From Longimicrobiales bacterium (GTDB lineage: Bacteria > Gemmatimonadota > Gemmatimonadetes > Longimicrobiales > Gaopeijiaceae): a stretch of 64,000 nt of DNA. The notes under the pieces were generated by a model, which saw only the letters and a list, made by a program, of their open reading frames with translations, had not been told where the DNA came from and ran no database searches. Below are positions 50,701-59,803 of this stretch, piece by piece. The position numbers and the translations under genes are program-made. Numbering within the stretch: position 1 is the stretch's first letter; each line of letters opens with the position of its first letter. Location: contig CBDDCX010000008.1 in assembly GCA_965226375.1 (NCBI GenBank), positions 1,376,001 through 1,440,000 on the forward strand, written 5' to 3'.

Positions 50701-51859
50701 CGAGCACCCCCAGACCCGAGACCATCGGGCCGAGGCGAGCGGCGGGCGGAATGTGAGCGGCGGCGACGACGGCGGCGGCGAGCGAGACCAACAGGACTCG
50801 CTCGAATGTCACGGGTAGCGGGCCCGGAAGGACGAAATCGGCTGCCGTGAACACGGGCAACGACCCCATCGCCGCCCCCACGGGGATCAAAAAGGCCAAA
50901 CCCAACGGCGTCAGTGCCGCCGCCGCGCGATCCCACTTTTCCACCCCGGCCGTAATGGCCAGGAGCAACCATGCGATCACCGCCAGCGCGCCGACCACCC
51001 TCGACCAGAAAATCCGGACGTCGCGGAGTCTCTGCTCCTGCGTCGGTCTGACCACAGAAACGCTGAAAAGCGGTTCGTCTTCCCAACTCAGGTCGAGGAC
51101 ATCGTCTCCAGAAGCCCGCTCTGCCCGAAGGATGCGAAGATCCTCACCGACGGCATCGCGGAACGACGTGACGAAGTCCCCCGGATCCGACTGCAGATTC
51201 CGGGGGAGGTTCGCCTTGATCAGCGCCGCAGCCATCGCGGTCCCGCCCCCGTCCATCGGCGCCGTGAAATACAGGTAGCTGAACAGAGGGCGTTCGCGGT
51301 ATAGATAGCGAGCTTCACCGTTGCGGAGCTCGGGCGGTACGATGCCACGATGTGTGCCGTCCCACACTACCAAGTCCCCCGTGGGCCCATAGATCGCGGC
51401 CGCAGTCATCCTGGTCCCTCTCCGAACGGATCGCAGATCCTCGAGAAGGCTTGTGCCGGCGCCACCGACCGCGAGATTTCCGATGCGCGCAACGGCAGAT
51501 TCGCCGGTGGTCAGCAGCCGCTCGAGTCTCCTGTCGAGCGCAATCTCGGCGAGCGTGTTGCGGGCCGCCCAATACGCATCGAAATCTTGTGACACTCGCC
51601 GGCTGACCTCGTGTCCGACGAAACCGGCGACGACGCCGGCCAGGACGACCACACCCGCTATCGTGTGGGCTATTCCGCGCCGAGGTCGAGCTGAGAAAAC
51701 GGACAGGGACGCGACGCTGGAAAACCCCAGCCAGCCAACCCATGGCCATCGTGTCCATGCGGCCAGCCCGAGGACGCCGAGCCAAGGACCGACCCGAGTA
51801 AACGCCAGCCAGGGACCGGAGGAGAAAAATGGAGCAGACGTCTGATCGGGGGCGTTCAT
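47735..51859 (-). CDS. very large multi-TM NtrY-like histidine kinase (HAMP-PAS-HisKA-HATPase)
   Basis: AWGEMARQVAHEVKNPLTPI, NLLEN, DNGTG, GTGLGL; HAMP DEFG..FN.M; many TM segments. Confidence 0.92.
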   Translation of the reverse strand: MNAPDQTSAPFFSSGPWLAFTRVGPWLGVLGLAAWTRWPWVGWLGFSSVASLSVFSARPRRGIAHTIAGVVVLAGVVAGFVGHEVSRRVSQDFDAYWAARNTLAEIALDRRLERLLTTGESAVARIGNLAVGGAGTSLLEDLRSVRRGTRMTAAAIYGPTGDLVVWDGTHRGIVPPELRNGEARYLYRERPLFSYLYFTAPMDGGGTAMAAALIKANLPRNLQSDPGDFVTSFRDAVGEDLRILRAERASGDDVLDLSWEDEPLFSVSVVRPTQEQRLRDVRIFWSRVVGALAVIAWLLLAITAGVEKWDRAAAALTPLGLAFLIPVGAAMGSLPVFTAADFVLPGPLPVTFERVLLVSLAAAVVAAAHIPPAARLGPMVSGLGVLVTFPLASILLLGGAGPALLSGGEGKWVAYQLGLALVFTLLCLASFRLGERARRLPHAGIPLFVGGALALVLAGVGALSVRVGGTLPAWSTAAWFLPAGLVALGLSGLRGWRRIWVTWGSAALLGASSALIVSWAARVESRMDTAEQQLARLGTPADPYLEYVLHRFVQSADSLDTEGADPPELLYESWVDSGLAEEGSGVWLTLWTPGDLPEFEIAIGVDGGRPGRADDFLEQARQGEPAFVRRFASGDANYMLQVPLRGGRVLTGVLPARRELPSASPFGPLFGGSTASTETPLTLVPILEGDLASQAEGVAWVRTVDGWEARQSFSYTGGGFDAQYVVDLPSPLLVVARGTLLIVGDVALILLLWTLGQFVLVGRRPAVRSWTNPFTSFRARVTWALFGFFVLSAALFGSLAFRTLSQATERAAAAIAARVAADAAAFYYEAGRSMTLLSSRVGADLLEYRAGELRGGSVDDLVEMGLYDGWIPFEVNQRLESREKLLETALGNLGRRQYLMAFRRLPDGDVVATQVPLQAGATALREREVAELVAFVVLIGAALSLGLALLVGRTLTSPIRTLQVASERVGGGNLAVQLPDARADEFGSVFRAFNRMVLRISRARRDLVRTTRRTQAIVDEAATGVVALDREGHVTLVNPRAQNVLGGRVEVGEPLPQLEGTRAELVQWMEKGLRDGLREATAEFQVGERRIRVRLREISRQGPGGVVLSIEDVTDELRTERILAWGEMARQVAHEVKNPLTPIKLSVQHIRRAWQDKSGDFESILERNVGAILSEIDRLAEIASGFSRFGAPAAAGEIPLEPVDVGSLAQEVLTLYRVGEEGPVHFEAQVPVDLPLVSARETEFKEVLLNLLENGRVAVEGTGHVTIEAVHVPLAVEVRVRDNGTGIPLELLGRIFEPQFSTRSAGTGLGLAIVRKLVESWGGTVTAESGRGEGTVIRMQLRAWGDSDEEGGAQATADDELPGQPGDGMEDSAP

Positions 51860-52572
51860 ACGAGTTGAACCACCTGTCCTGGCCTGAAGTTCGTCTGCAC
51901 CTCGAGCGCGATCCCCGACTCATCCTGCCGGTAGGTGCGCTGGATCACCACGGACCCCATCTGCCGCTGGGTGCGAACACGCTCATAGCGGAGCGTGTGG
52001 CCCGCACCCTCTCTTCCCGCCTTCGCATCGTCGTCGCGCCGACCTTCCACTACGGTCTGACGAAACCGGACTGGACGCCGTATGCGGGCACCAGCACACT
52101 TCGCCGGAAGACGTCCCACCGTGCCATCAACGAACTCCTCACAAGTTGGGACGACCACGGAATCGCCGCAGTCGTCGTGATAACCGCACAGCGTCACGAG
52201 CCGCATCTGGAGTCCCGCCTTACGGCTCTGACAAGCAACTCTACGACCGAAGTCGTAGACCTCATGACCATCGACGTCGGAGACTTGGTCGAAGGTCGAC
52301 CCGAACACGAGCGCGGAGGAGAATTGGAAACGTCTCTGCTCCTGCACCTGGCACCGGGACTCGTGCGCATGGACGAGGCCGTGGATTACACGGACCATCC
52401 AGGCCCTCCTGGAAAGTACGTGCAAGGTCGGGTCTCATCACCCCACGCCGACTTCAAGGGTGTCGTGGGCCGTCCCTCCTTGGCCACAGCCGAGAAGGGC
52501 AGAGCCGTCTTCGAGCGCTATATCGCCCTCCTGGAACGGGCTCTGTCGCATGTTCCGGATGTGGACTCCTGA
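51829..52572 (+). CDS. creatininase-family protein with degenerate metal motifs
   Basis: LSWPEV, LPVGALDHHGPHLPLG, AGT.TL, GELETS, GVVG.PSLATAEKG; GGAGG RBS. Confidence 0.85.
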   Translation: MEQTSDRGRSYELNHLSWPEVRLHLERDPRLILPVGALDHHGPHLPLGANTLIAERVARTLSSRLRIVVAPTFHYGLTKPDWTPYAGTSTLRRKTSHRAINELLTSWDDHGIAAVVVITAQRHEPHLESRLTALTSNSTTEVVDLMTIDVGDLVEGRPEHERGGELETSLLLHLAPGLVRMDEAVDYTDHPGPPGKYVQGRVSSPHADFKGVVGRPSLATAEKGRAVFERYIALLERALSHVPDVDS

Positions 52573-52609
52573 GGCGTCACGGCCGAACCGCACACAGGGA
52601 TCCGGTGTA

Positions 52610-53326
52610 ATGTCAGGTATGCGTATCCTGTCAGCGTTCCTGGTGGTGGCGGCCGTTCTCCCTCTATCCGCTCCGCTATCCGCTCAGGCGGTAGTGTTGG
52701 ACGAGGGATCGTTCCTTGTGGAGATCGGCGGCCGTCCGGTCGGGACCGAGAGCTTTCGCATCCGCCGCTCCGGCTTCGGCGAGAACGCCCAGGTCATCGC
52801 CCAGGGCACTCTCGAACTCGCTGTCGAAGGCGGTGATCAGACGGTGCAGTCCGCCCTCGGTACGGTGGGAATCGGCATGTCTCTCGACGCATACCAGGTC
52901 AAGGTATCGGGACCCGGAGAGCTTCAGGTTTTTCTTCAGCGTCGGGGTGATCGGCTCGTCGCCGAAACGACCTCGGCCGCGGGGGTCAAAGAACGCCAGT
53001 ACCGGCGTCCATCGTCGCGGACGCCTACGGTGCTTCTCGATCGCTTTCTCGCACACCACTACTTCTTCCTCGGTCCCTATCAGAACCCGGGAGAAACGCG
53101 GATTTCCATCATCTATCCGCGGCCGGGCGGACAGGCCGAGGGGGTACTGCGCATGGGCTCCGTAGAGCCCATTACCCTGGGAGCCCGCACGTTACAAGCC
53201 CAGCACCTGCAACTGGTCCTGGCCGGAGTCGTCCACGAGCTCTGGCTCGACGGCCAGAATCGAGTACTGAGGGTAGAGATCCCCGGAGCCGATTATGTTG
53301 CCATCCGAAGCGCCCCACCCAGTTGA
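52610..53326 (+). CDS. secreted hypothetical protein
   Basis: Signal peptide ending AQA; beta-rich body. Confidence 0.7.
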   Translation: MSGMRILSAFLVVAAVLPLSAPLSAQAVVLDEGSFLVEIGGRPVGTESFRIRRSGFGENAQVIAQGTLELAVEGGDQTVQSALGTVGIGMSLDAYQVKVSGPGELQVFLQRRGDRLVAETTSAAGVKERQYRRPSSRTPTVLLDRFLAHHYFFLGPYQNPGETRISIIYPRPGGQAEGVLRMGSVEPITLGARTLQAQHLQLVLAGVVHELWLDGQNRVLRVEIPGADYVAIRSAPPS

Positions 53327-53593
53327 GCCCCGTTCTTGTCGTTCGTACGTGACCCCTGACAGCGGGCAGGTCAACTCCTCGTGAAGATCACTCCTCCTCG
53401 ACCCGTAGCCTATGATGTCGGCCCGATATTCCATGTCTTGGCACGGACTTTTCCGCCATCATGACCCGTTGAAACCGGTACGCTCGGGCAAGCGTAGGTC
53501 AGGTGCGACCCAGCGTGGCCCCTGCGGCCGGTTTGAAATCGCCAAACTGAACCCAGCTCAACCTATGCGCCATCCATCATACGGAGGCTTCAC

Positions 53594-55099
53594 GTGTTGA
53601 CCGGATCGTTACTGCGCCGGGTGACCCTGGCTGCGATGTTCATCCTTCCCGGTCGGGCGACCACCCAGGAGATTGTGCCCGTCACGCTCAGCCTGGAAGA
53701 GGCGATCGAGATTGCTCGTCTCAACAACCCGCGCTTTCAAGCCACGCGTAACGATGAGGCCCTGGCCGACTGGGATGTCAAATCCGCGTATGGCTCGCTC
53801 TTCCCGTCCGCGTCGACCAACCTCGGATTCTCCTGGCAGGGCGCTGGTGAGCAGGTGTTCGGGAGCCTGACAGCCGAACAGCTGGGCTTCGCCAACCAAC
53901 CGTCGTTCATGTTCTCGAACTACGGACTGAGCCTGAACTACGGCATCGACGGCAACACCCTACTCGCTCCAGGCCAGGCAAAAGCGAACCGGGTTGCTAC
54001 CCGAGCCGATGTGGCCTGGGCCGCAGCCGAACTCGTCTCTGTGGTCACGCAGAGCTACATCGAGGTGCTTCGCCAGACAGAGCAGGTGCGTGTGTCCGAA
54101 CAACAACGGGAGCGGGCAAGTTTCAATTTGCGACTCGCCCAAGCTCAGTTGGCCGTGGGCACCGCCACAGCCGTGGACGCCGCCCAGGCTGCCGTGTCCT
54201 TGGGGCGCGCCGAGGTCACCATACTCCAAACGGCCAACGCTCTGGAGACGGCGCGTATTCGACTGCTCCAACGAATGGGTGTGGACCTGGACAGCCCCTT
54301 TGTACCGACGACGCCGTTCGTGCTCTCGGAACCCCTGTGGAGCCGGGACGAACTCTACGGCCTGGCGTTGGACGGCAACCCGAATCTCCGGTCGCTCAGG
54401 GCCAGTCGTTCGGCTAGCCGCTACGGAGTAAAGATGGCCAAGAGCGCTTACCTGCCGACCCTGAACCTTCGCGCCGGCATCAGCGGCTTCACTCGACAGG
54501 CCTCCAGTACGGCCTTCGAGCTCCAACAGGCCGAGGCCCAGGCTCAGGGTTCGATTCAGAACTGCCTGTTCACCAACGATCTCTTCGCTCGCCTGGCCGA
54601 CCCACTACCACCCCAGGACTGCTCTTCGCTCGCGTTCACCGACGCCACCGCTCAGCAGATCCGGGACAGCAACAACTCGTTTCCCTTCAACTTTATCCGC
54701 CAGCCGGCCAGCGCCTCGATGACCATCAGCCTTCCCCTGTTCCAGGGCCTCGACCGTCAGCGACAGGTGACGTTGGCCGAAATACAGCTCGAAGACCTGG
54801 ACTACGGCCTCCGGGAACAAGAACTGGCACTGCGTGCGGACATCGCCGCCACCCTGGCCACCGCCCGGGCCGCCTATCGCGCGGCGTTGATCGAGGATCA
54901 GAATCAGATCGTTGCGGATGAGCAGCTCCGGCTGGCTCGGGAGCGCTTCAGTGTGGGTCTGGCGGATTTCCTGGAGCTTCTGGAGGCAGAGACCCTTAAG
55001 GTAGAGGCGGACCGCGAGCAGATCGCAGCTATCTTCGCATACCACGACTCCCTGGCCAATCTGGAAGCGGTGGTCGGAACGCCCTTGCGCATACAATGA
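53594..55099 (+). CDS. TolC-family outer membrane efflux protein
   Basis: LSLEEAIEIA..NNP, AYLPTL, ISLPLFQG, ARERF.VG; GGAGG RBS. Confidence 0.92.
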   Translation: MLTGSLLRRVTLAAMFILPGRATTQEIVPVTLSLEEAIEIARLNNPRFQATRNDEALADWDVKSAYGSLFPSASTNLGFSWQGAGEQVFGSLTAEQLGFANQPSFMFSNYGLSLNYGIDGNTLLAPGQAKANRVATRADVAWAAAELVSVVTQSYIEVLRQTEQVRVSEQQRERASFNLRLAQAQLAVGTATAVDAAQAAVSLGRAEVTILQTANALETARIRLLQRMGVDLDSPFVPTTPFVLSEPLWSRDELYGLALDGNPNLRSLRASRSASRYGVKMAKSAYLPTLNLRAGISGFTRQASSTAFELQQAEAQAQGSIQNCLFTNDLFARLADPLPPQDCSSLAFTDATAQQIRDSNNSFPFNFIRQPASASMTISLPLFQGLDRQRQVTLAEIQLEDLDYGLREQELALRADIAATLATARAAYRAALIEDQNQIVADEQLRLARERFSVGLADFLELLEAETLKVEADREQIAAIFAYHDSLANLEAVVGTPLRIQ

Positions 55100-55114
55100 G
55101 GCATTGAACGGCCC

Positions 55115-56407
55115 ATGACTGCTAATCGCAAAATCCTCATCGGTTTGGCAATCGTCGTCGTCCTGGGGACCGCCGCCGCCCTGAGCGTCAAGCGCCAACG
55201 CAGCCGGGGTCTCGAGGTGCGACTCGAAGAGGTGATCCGCAGAGATCTCGTCGAGACCGTGACCGCGAGCGGCAACATCCGCGCGGGCCGGGTCGTGGAC
55301 ATCAGCTCCGACGTGTCGGCGAGGGTCGTGGCCCTCCTGGTCGACGAAGGCGACGACGTGCGGGTGGGACAGTTGCTGCTCCGTCTCGATCCGACGCAGT
55401 TCGACGCCACCGCAACGAGGGCCGAAGCCGCCTTGAACCAGGCCATCGCAATGGTACGGCAACAGGAGGCCAGCCTCGAGCGTGTCAGGCGGGATCATGA
55501 GCGGCTCAGAAGTTTGTTCGAGACCGATTCCGACCTGATTGCCCGCCAGCAGCTCGATGATGCCCAGACCGACGTGGAGGTGGCTACCCGTCAGCTCGAA
55601 TCCAACCAGTTCGGGGTGGCCCAGGCGGAGGCGGCGCTCGAGGAGGCCAACGAGCGACTGAGCAAGACGATCTTCACGGCACCTATCGCGGGTAAGGTGA
55701 CCCGGCTGAACGTGGAAGAGGGCGAGACCGTCATCGTCGGAACCATGAACAACCCGGGCAGCCTGGTCTTGACCATCAGCGAACTATCCCACGTCGAAGC
55801 CGTCCTGGAGGTAGACGAGACCGACATACCCTACATCGCGGTGGGCGACAGTACGGTGATCGAGCTAGACGCCTTTCCCGATCGGCTCTTCAGCGGGGTG
55901 GTGACGGAGATCGGCAACAGCGCCATCCGCCCGCCCGCCTCGACCGCGGGAAGCGGCCAGACAGCCGCCATCGACTTCGAGGTCGTGATTACCATGGACA
56001 ACCCTCCGGGAGGCGTCAGGCCCGACCTCTCAGCGACGGCGGACATAGTGACAGCCACCCGCACGAATGTACTTTCCGTGCCGATCATCGCTCTCACGGT
56101 GAGGACCGCCGACGATGTGGAAGGCGAAGACGAGGCCAGGCCGGAGGACGACGACCAGGAGGCCCGCGAGCTCGGTCCGGCGGGTAGACCCCGAGACACC
56201 GACGTCGAAGGCGTTTTCATCGTCATGGATGGCGAGGTCACCTTCACGCCGGTCGAGATAGGAGTGACCGGGCAGGAGCACTTCGAAGTCCTCGACGGCC
56301 TCAGTGCCGGTGATACGATTGTGGCGGGCCCCTACCAGCAGATCCGGCAGCTCGCCAATGGTGACGCAGTCCGCGCCCAGGATTCGGGCGGCGGCGGCTC
56401 AAGCTAG
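55115..56407 (+). CDS. periplasmic adaptor (MacA-like MFP)
   Basis: N-terminal TM, V.EGD.V..GQLL, coiled hairpin, APIAGKV, VDETDI. Confidence 0.93.
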   Translation: MTANRKILIGLAIVVVLGTAAALSVKRQRSRGLEVRLEEVIRRDLVETVTASGNIRAGRVVDISSDVSARVVALLVDEGDDVRVGQLLLRLDPTQFDATATRAEAALNQAIAMVRQQEASLERVRRDHERLRSLFETDSDLIARQQLDDAQTDVEVATRQLESNQFGVAQAEAALEEANERLSKTIFTAPIAGKVTRLNVEEGETVIVGTMNNPGSLVLTISELSHVEAVLEVDETDIPYIAVGDSTVIELDAFPDRLFSGVVTEIGNSAIRPPASTAGSGQTAAIDFEVVITMDNPPGGVRPDLSATADIVTATRTNVLSVPIIALTVRTADDVEGEDEARPEDDDQEARELGPAGRPRDTDVEGVFIVMDGEVTFTPVEIGVTGQEHFEVLDGLSAGDTIVAGPYQQIRQLANGDAVRAQDSGGGGSS

Positions 56408-56419
56408 CCCCGAGGGACC

Positions 56420-57658
56420 ATGCAGTTCGCTGAAGGCGTTCGACTGGCTCTGTACCAGATCCGCACGGAGAAGCTGAAGAGCTTCTTCAGCCTACTGGGA
56501 GTCATCGTGGGCGTCATGTTTCTGATCGTGGTCGTCAGCGTTGTCGAAGGCATAGACCGATACATCCGAGAGGACCTCTCTTCGGTGGTGTTCGGCGTGA
56601 ATACGGTGACATTGCGGAGGTGGTCCGACGGGCCGAGTTCCGACGGCATGGATAGTAGGGAGCGAGCGCGTCGGCCACGCATCAGGTATGAGGATTGGCA
56701 GGCCGTGCAGCAGCAGATCACAGTGCCGGCCCGAGTCGGAGCAGAGAGTGAAACCGGGGGTGAGGTCGTCGCCGACAACGGTCGTAAGGTGGAGAACGTC
56801 AACATCTCGGCCGTGTCACCGGAGATCCTCCGCATCAGGAACCTCGCCGTGGAGAAGGGGCGACCGTTTTCGCCGCAGGAGGCCGAGCGGGGCACGGCCG
56901 TCGTGGTCCTTGGCATCGACACGGCTGACCTTCTATTCGAATCCCTGGATCCCATCGGTCGCAAAGTGCGGATACGGGGGTTCCCCTACCGAGTCGTAGG
57001 GGTGCTCGAAGAACAGGGCAGCATCTTCGGCATCTCCCTGGACAATAGGGTCATTGCACCGGCTCGCTCACCGATCCAGGCCGTCACCAATCCGAGAGGC
57101 ATCGTCGATCAAGTCGTGGCCCAGGCCCTCGATCCCGCTCACACCCGGGAGCTCCAGCGTGAGATCGAGGGCGTCATGCGGGCCCGTCGACGCCTCCGGC
57201 CGGCAGAGGACAACAACTTTTCCGTGGAAACGGCCGACGAAACGTTGAGCTTTTGGGACAATATTTCACGGATTCTTTTTCTGGCCCTACCTGGGCTAGT
57301 CGCGATCTCCCTCGTGGTGGGAGGGATCGTGATCATGAACATCATGCTGGTGTCCGTCATGGAACGGACGCGGGAGATCGGCGTGAGGAAGGCGATCGGA
57401 GCGCGGCGACGCGATATCCTGAGCCAGGTGCTGATCGAGTGCATCACCCTGTCGGGTGTGGGGGCGACGCTGGGGGTCGCGGTGGGGGTCGGACTCACTT
57501 ATCTGGTGGCCACCTTTTCGCCCCTCCCGGCGGCCGTGGACATCAAGTGGATCACCTTGGGCGTATCCCTCGGGGTCGTCGTGGGAATCGTCTCCGGGGT
57601 CTACCCTGCGTCGCAGGCATCCAAGCTCGACCCGGTCGACGCGCTGAGGCACGAGTGA
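56420..57658 (+). CDS. MacB/FtsX-type ABC permease
   Basis: KLKSFFSLLGVIVGV, VGGIVIMNIMLVSV.ERTREIGVRKAIGA, LDPVDALRHE. Confidence 0.95.
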   Translation: MQFAEGVRLALYQIRTEKLKSFFSLLGVIVGVMFLIVVVSVVEGIDRYIREDLSSVVFGVNTVTLRRWSDGPSSDGMDSRERARRPRIRYEDWQAVQQQITVPARVGAESETGGEVVADNGRKVENVNISAVSPEILRIRNLAVEKGRPFSPQEAERGTAVVVLGIDTADLLFESLDPIGRKVRIRGFPYRVVGVLEEQGSIFGISLDNRVIAPARSPIQAVTNPRGIVDQVVAQALDPAHTRELQREIEGVMRARRRLRPAEDNNFSVETADETLSFWDNISRILFLALPGLVAISLVVGGIVIMNIMLVSVMERTREIGVRKAIGARRRDILSQVLIECITLSGVGATLGVAVGVGLTYLVATFSPLPAAVDIKWITLGVSLGVVVGIVSGVYPASQASKLDPVDALRHE

Positions 57659-57659
57659 C

Positions 57660-58919
57660 ATGAACCGCTTGCATATGCTGGACGAGGGCGTCTCCATCGC
57701 TCTCGACTCCATACGGGCCAACAAGCTTCGCTCCGGTCTGACCATCCTCGGCGTTGCTATCGGTGTGGGCGTGGTCATGATGATCGCAGCGATGGTCACC
57801 GGCATCCGAGAGTCGATCATGGTCGGATTCGAAGCCGCCGGTCCCGACAATTTCGCGGTCATGCGATTCGATTTTACCAGCGTCCGCATCGTCCAGGGCA
57901 ATCAACGCCCCCCCTGGTGGAACAATCCCCGAATCGAACCGGAAGAGGCGGAGCGTCTCGCCAGGCTCCCGGGCGTCGGGGTGGCGCTCTACAACTTCAA
58001 TCTCAGCACCAACATGTCGGTGGACGCCCGCACCGTGCGCAACATCCAGTCTACTGCCTATACCGCAGGCTGGCCCGCGTACACTCCGGGCGACTTTGTG
58101 GCGGGCCGGGACTTCACACCCGCTGAAGTCCGGCAGTCTCGTCCCCTGGTAATTCTCTCCGCGCCCCTGTCACAGGAACTGTTCGGCGACCTGGATCCGG
58201 TCGGCCGGAAGATCCGGGTGAACGCCGGCCGCCGGGGCGTCAGCCAGTCCTTCAGCGTGGTGGGTGTGTTCCAAAACGAGGAGAACATCTTCACCGCCGT
58301 CATCAAGCACTGGGCCATTTTCCCCCATACGGCCGCGATGAAGAGGCTCAAGGCCTCTAACTGGCAAGCCGGGGTGTGGATCGTACCTCGTGACTCGGTG
58401 GATCAGGCGGTGGTGATGGATCAGGTGATCGGGGCCATGCGTTCCATGCGAGGGCTCCGGCCGAAGGAGGACAACGACTTCGCACTCCTCCGCTCCGCCC
58501 AGATCATTGAAGCGTTCAATAAGTTCACGGGGGTCTTTTTCCTCGTCATGCTGGCCCTTTCCTCCGTCGGTTTGCTCGTAGGCGGGATCGGCGTGATCGG
58601 CATCATGATGATCTCCGTAACGGAGCGGACGCGCGAGATCGGCGTTCGCAAAGCGGTGGGCGCGACTCGACGGGAGATTCTCTGGCAGTTCCTCGTGGAG
58701 GCGGCAGTCTTGACTGTTCTCGGGGGAGCCACCGGGATGGCTCTGGGTGCGGGGGCCGCCAAGGGTGTGGCCGCCATGACGCCCATCCCGGCGGCCGTGC
58801 CCCTGTGGGCCGTGGCCGCCGCCCTGCTCATGGCCCTCTTGACGGGTATACTCTTCGGCATCATTCCGGCCTATCGGGCCTCTCGGCTGGACCCCGTCCA
58901 CGCGTTGCGATCCGAGTAG
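57660..58919 (+). CDS. MacB/FtsX-type ABC permease (paralogue)
   Basis: NKLRSGLTILGVAIGV, VGGIGVIGIMMISVTERTREIGVRKAVGA, LDPV.ALRSE. Confidence 0.95.
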   Translation: MNRLHMLDEGVSIALDSIRANKLRSGLTILGVAIGVGVVMMIAAMVTGIRESIMVGFEAAGPDNFAVMRFDFTSVRIVQGNQRPPWWNNPRIEPEEAERLARLPGVGVALYNFNLSTNMSVDARTVRNIQSTAYTAGWPAYTPGDFVAGRDFTPAEVRQSRPLVILSAPLSQELFGDLDPVGRKIRVNAGRRGVSQSFSVVGVFQNEENIFTAVIKHWAIFPHTAAMKRLKASNWQAGVWIVPRDSVDQAVVMDQVIGAMRSMRGLRPKEDNDFALLRSAQIIEAFNKFTGVFFLVMLALSSVGLLVGGIGVIGIMMISVTERTREIGVRKAVGATRREILWQFLVEAAVLTVLGGATGMALGAGAAKGVAAMTPIPAAVPLWAVAAALLMALLTGILFGIIPAYRASRLDPVHALRSE

Positions 58920-58978
58920 GCTTCCGCGCGATCACGACTTGACCCGGGCGCTTCCACTCTCGAGAAGGACATGCACGC

Positions 58979-59704
58979 ATGAGCGACACCTTGGACATCC
59001 TGGCCATCATGGCTCACCCGGACGACGCCGAGTTGCAGTGTGGCGGAGCACTCGCGAAGGCCGCGGCGGCCGGAGATCGCGTCGGAATCCTCGACCTCAC
59101 GCGCGGGGAGGGTGGCAGCCAGGGGTCGCCCGAGCTCAGGGAACAGGAAGCTTCCCATTCCGCCGAAGTGCTGGGTCTCGCAGTCCGCAGGAACGCGGGC
59201 CTCCGTGACACCGGCCTGGTGAACGACCAGGCCTCGAGGGAGACGGTCGCTGGGCTGATCCGCGAGCTGAGGCCCCGCGTCGTCGTAACACACTGGCGCG
59301 AAGGCCGCCATCCCGATCACAGGGTTGCCGCCCAGCTCGTGTACGACGCGTCGTTCCTTGCGGGCCTGAAGAACTACCCGGCCTCTGGCGTCGCCCACCG
59401 TCCGGAGAAGGTTGTCCACAGCGTACTGTTTCGTGAGGACGCCCCTACCCCCTCCTTCGTTGTGGACATTTCGGACTACATCGACACCAAGTTGGCCGCT
59501 CTGACGTGCTTCGAATCCCAGTTCGGGGGGAAGTTCACAGCCGGAGAGGCCTTTGGCGGAGGCCAACGCCCCCTACTCGAACAGGTGAAGGCTCAGTGCG
59601 CCCACCACGGCTCTCGGATTCGGTGCGCGTATGGCGAGCCGTTCTGGACTCGTGAAACGATCGCCCTGGAGTCGCTGGGCGACGACCGCGTGTCGACCTT
59701 TTAG
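58979..59704 (+). CDS. bshB1: bacillithiol biosynthesis deacetylase BshB1 (PIG-L family)
   Basis: AHPDDAEL.CGG, DLTRGE, HPDH, LAGLK, SQF, GEPF. Confidence 0.88.
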   Translation: MSDTLDILAIMAHPDDAELQCGGALAKAAAAGDRVGILDLTRGEGGSQGSPELREQEASHSAEVLGLAVRRNAGLRDTGLVNDQASRETVAGLIRELRPRVVVTHWREGRHPDHRVAAQLVYDASFLAGLKNYPASGVAHRPEKVVHSVLFREDAPTPSFVVDISDYIDTKLAALTCFESQFGGKFTAGEAFGGGQRPLLEQVKAQCAHHGSRIRCAYGEPFWTRETIALESLGDDRVSTF

Positions 59705-59803
59705 AGGGCTGTTGAAGAAGTACAGTGGGGCCCTCTCTGCCAACGTACGTGAGACACGGAGCACGCAAAGAATTAGAGTAGGGCGAAGGCAGAGAAAACG
59801 AAC

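Noticed and set aside
53330..53400. IS-end-like TGACCTGCCC on minus strand and short ORF 53192-53434
   Set aside because: No partner inverted repeat or transposase remnant recognised
53438..53454. Sigma-54 promoter-like TTGGCACGGACTTTTC upstream of tolC
   Set aside because: Good -24 box, but the -12 GC is TC; not supportable without data
59705..59722. GGGCTGTTGAAGAAG resembling the terminus of another IS/MITE
   Set aside because: No matching inverted copy found in the window
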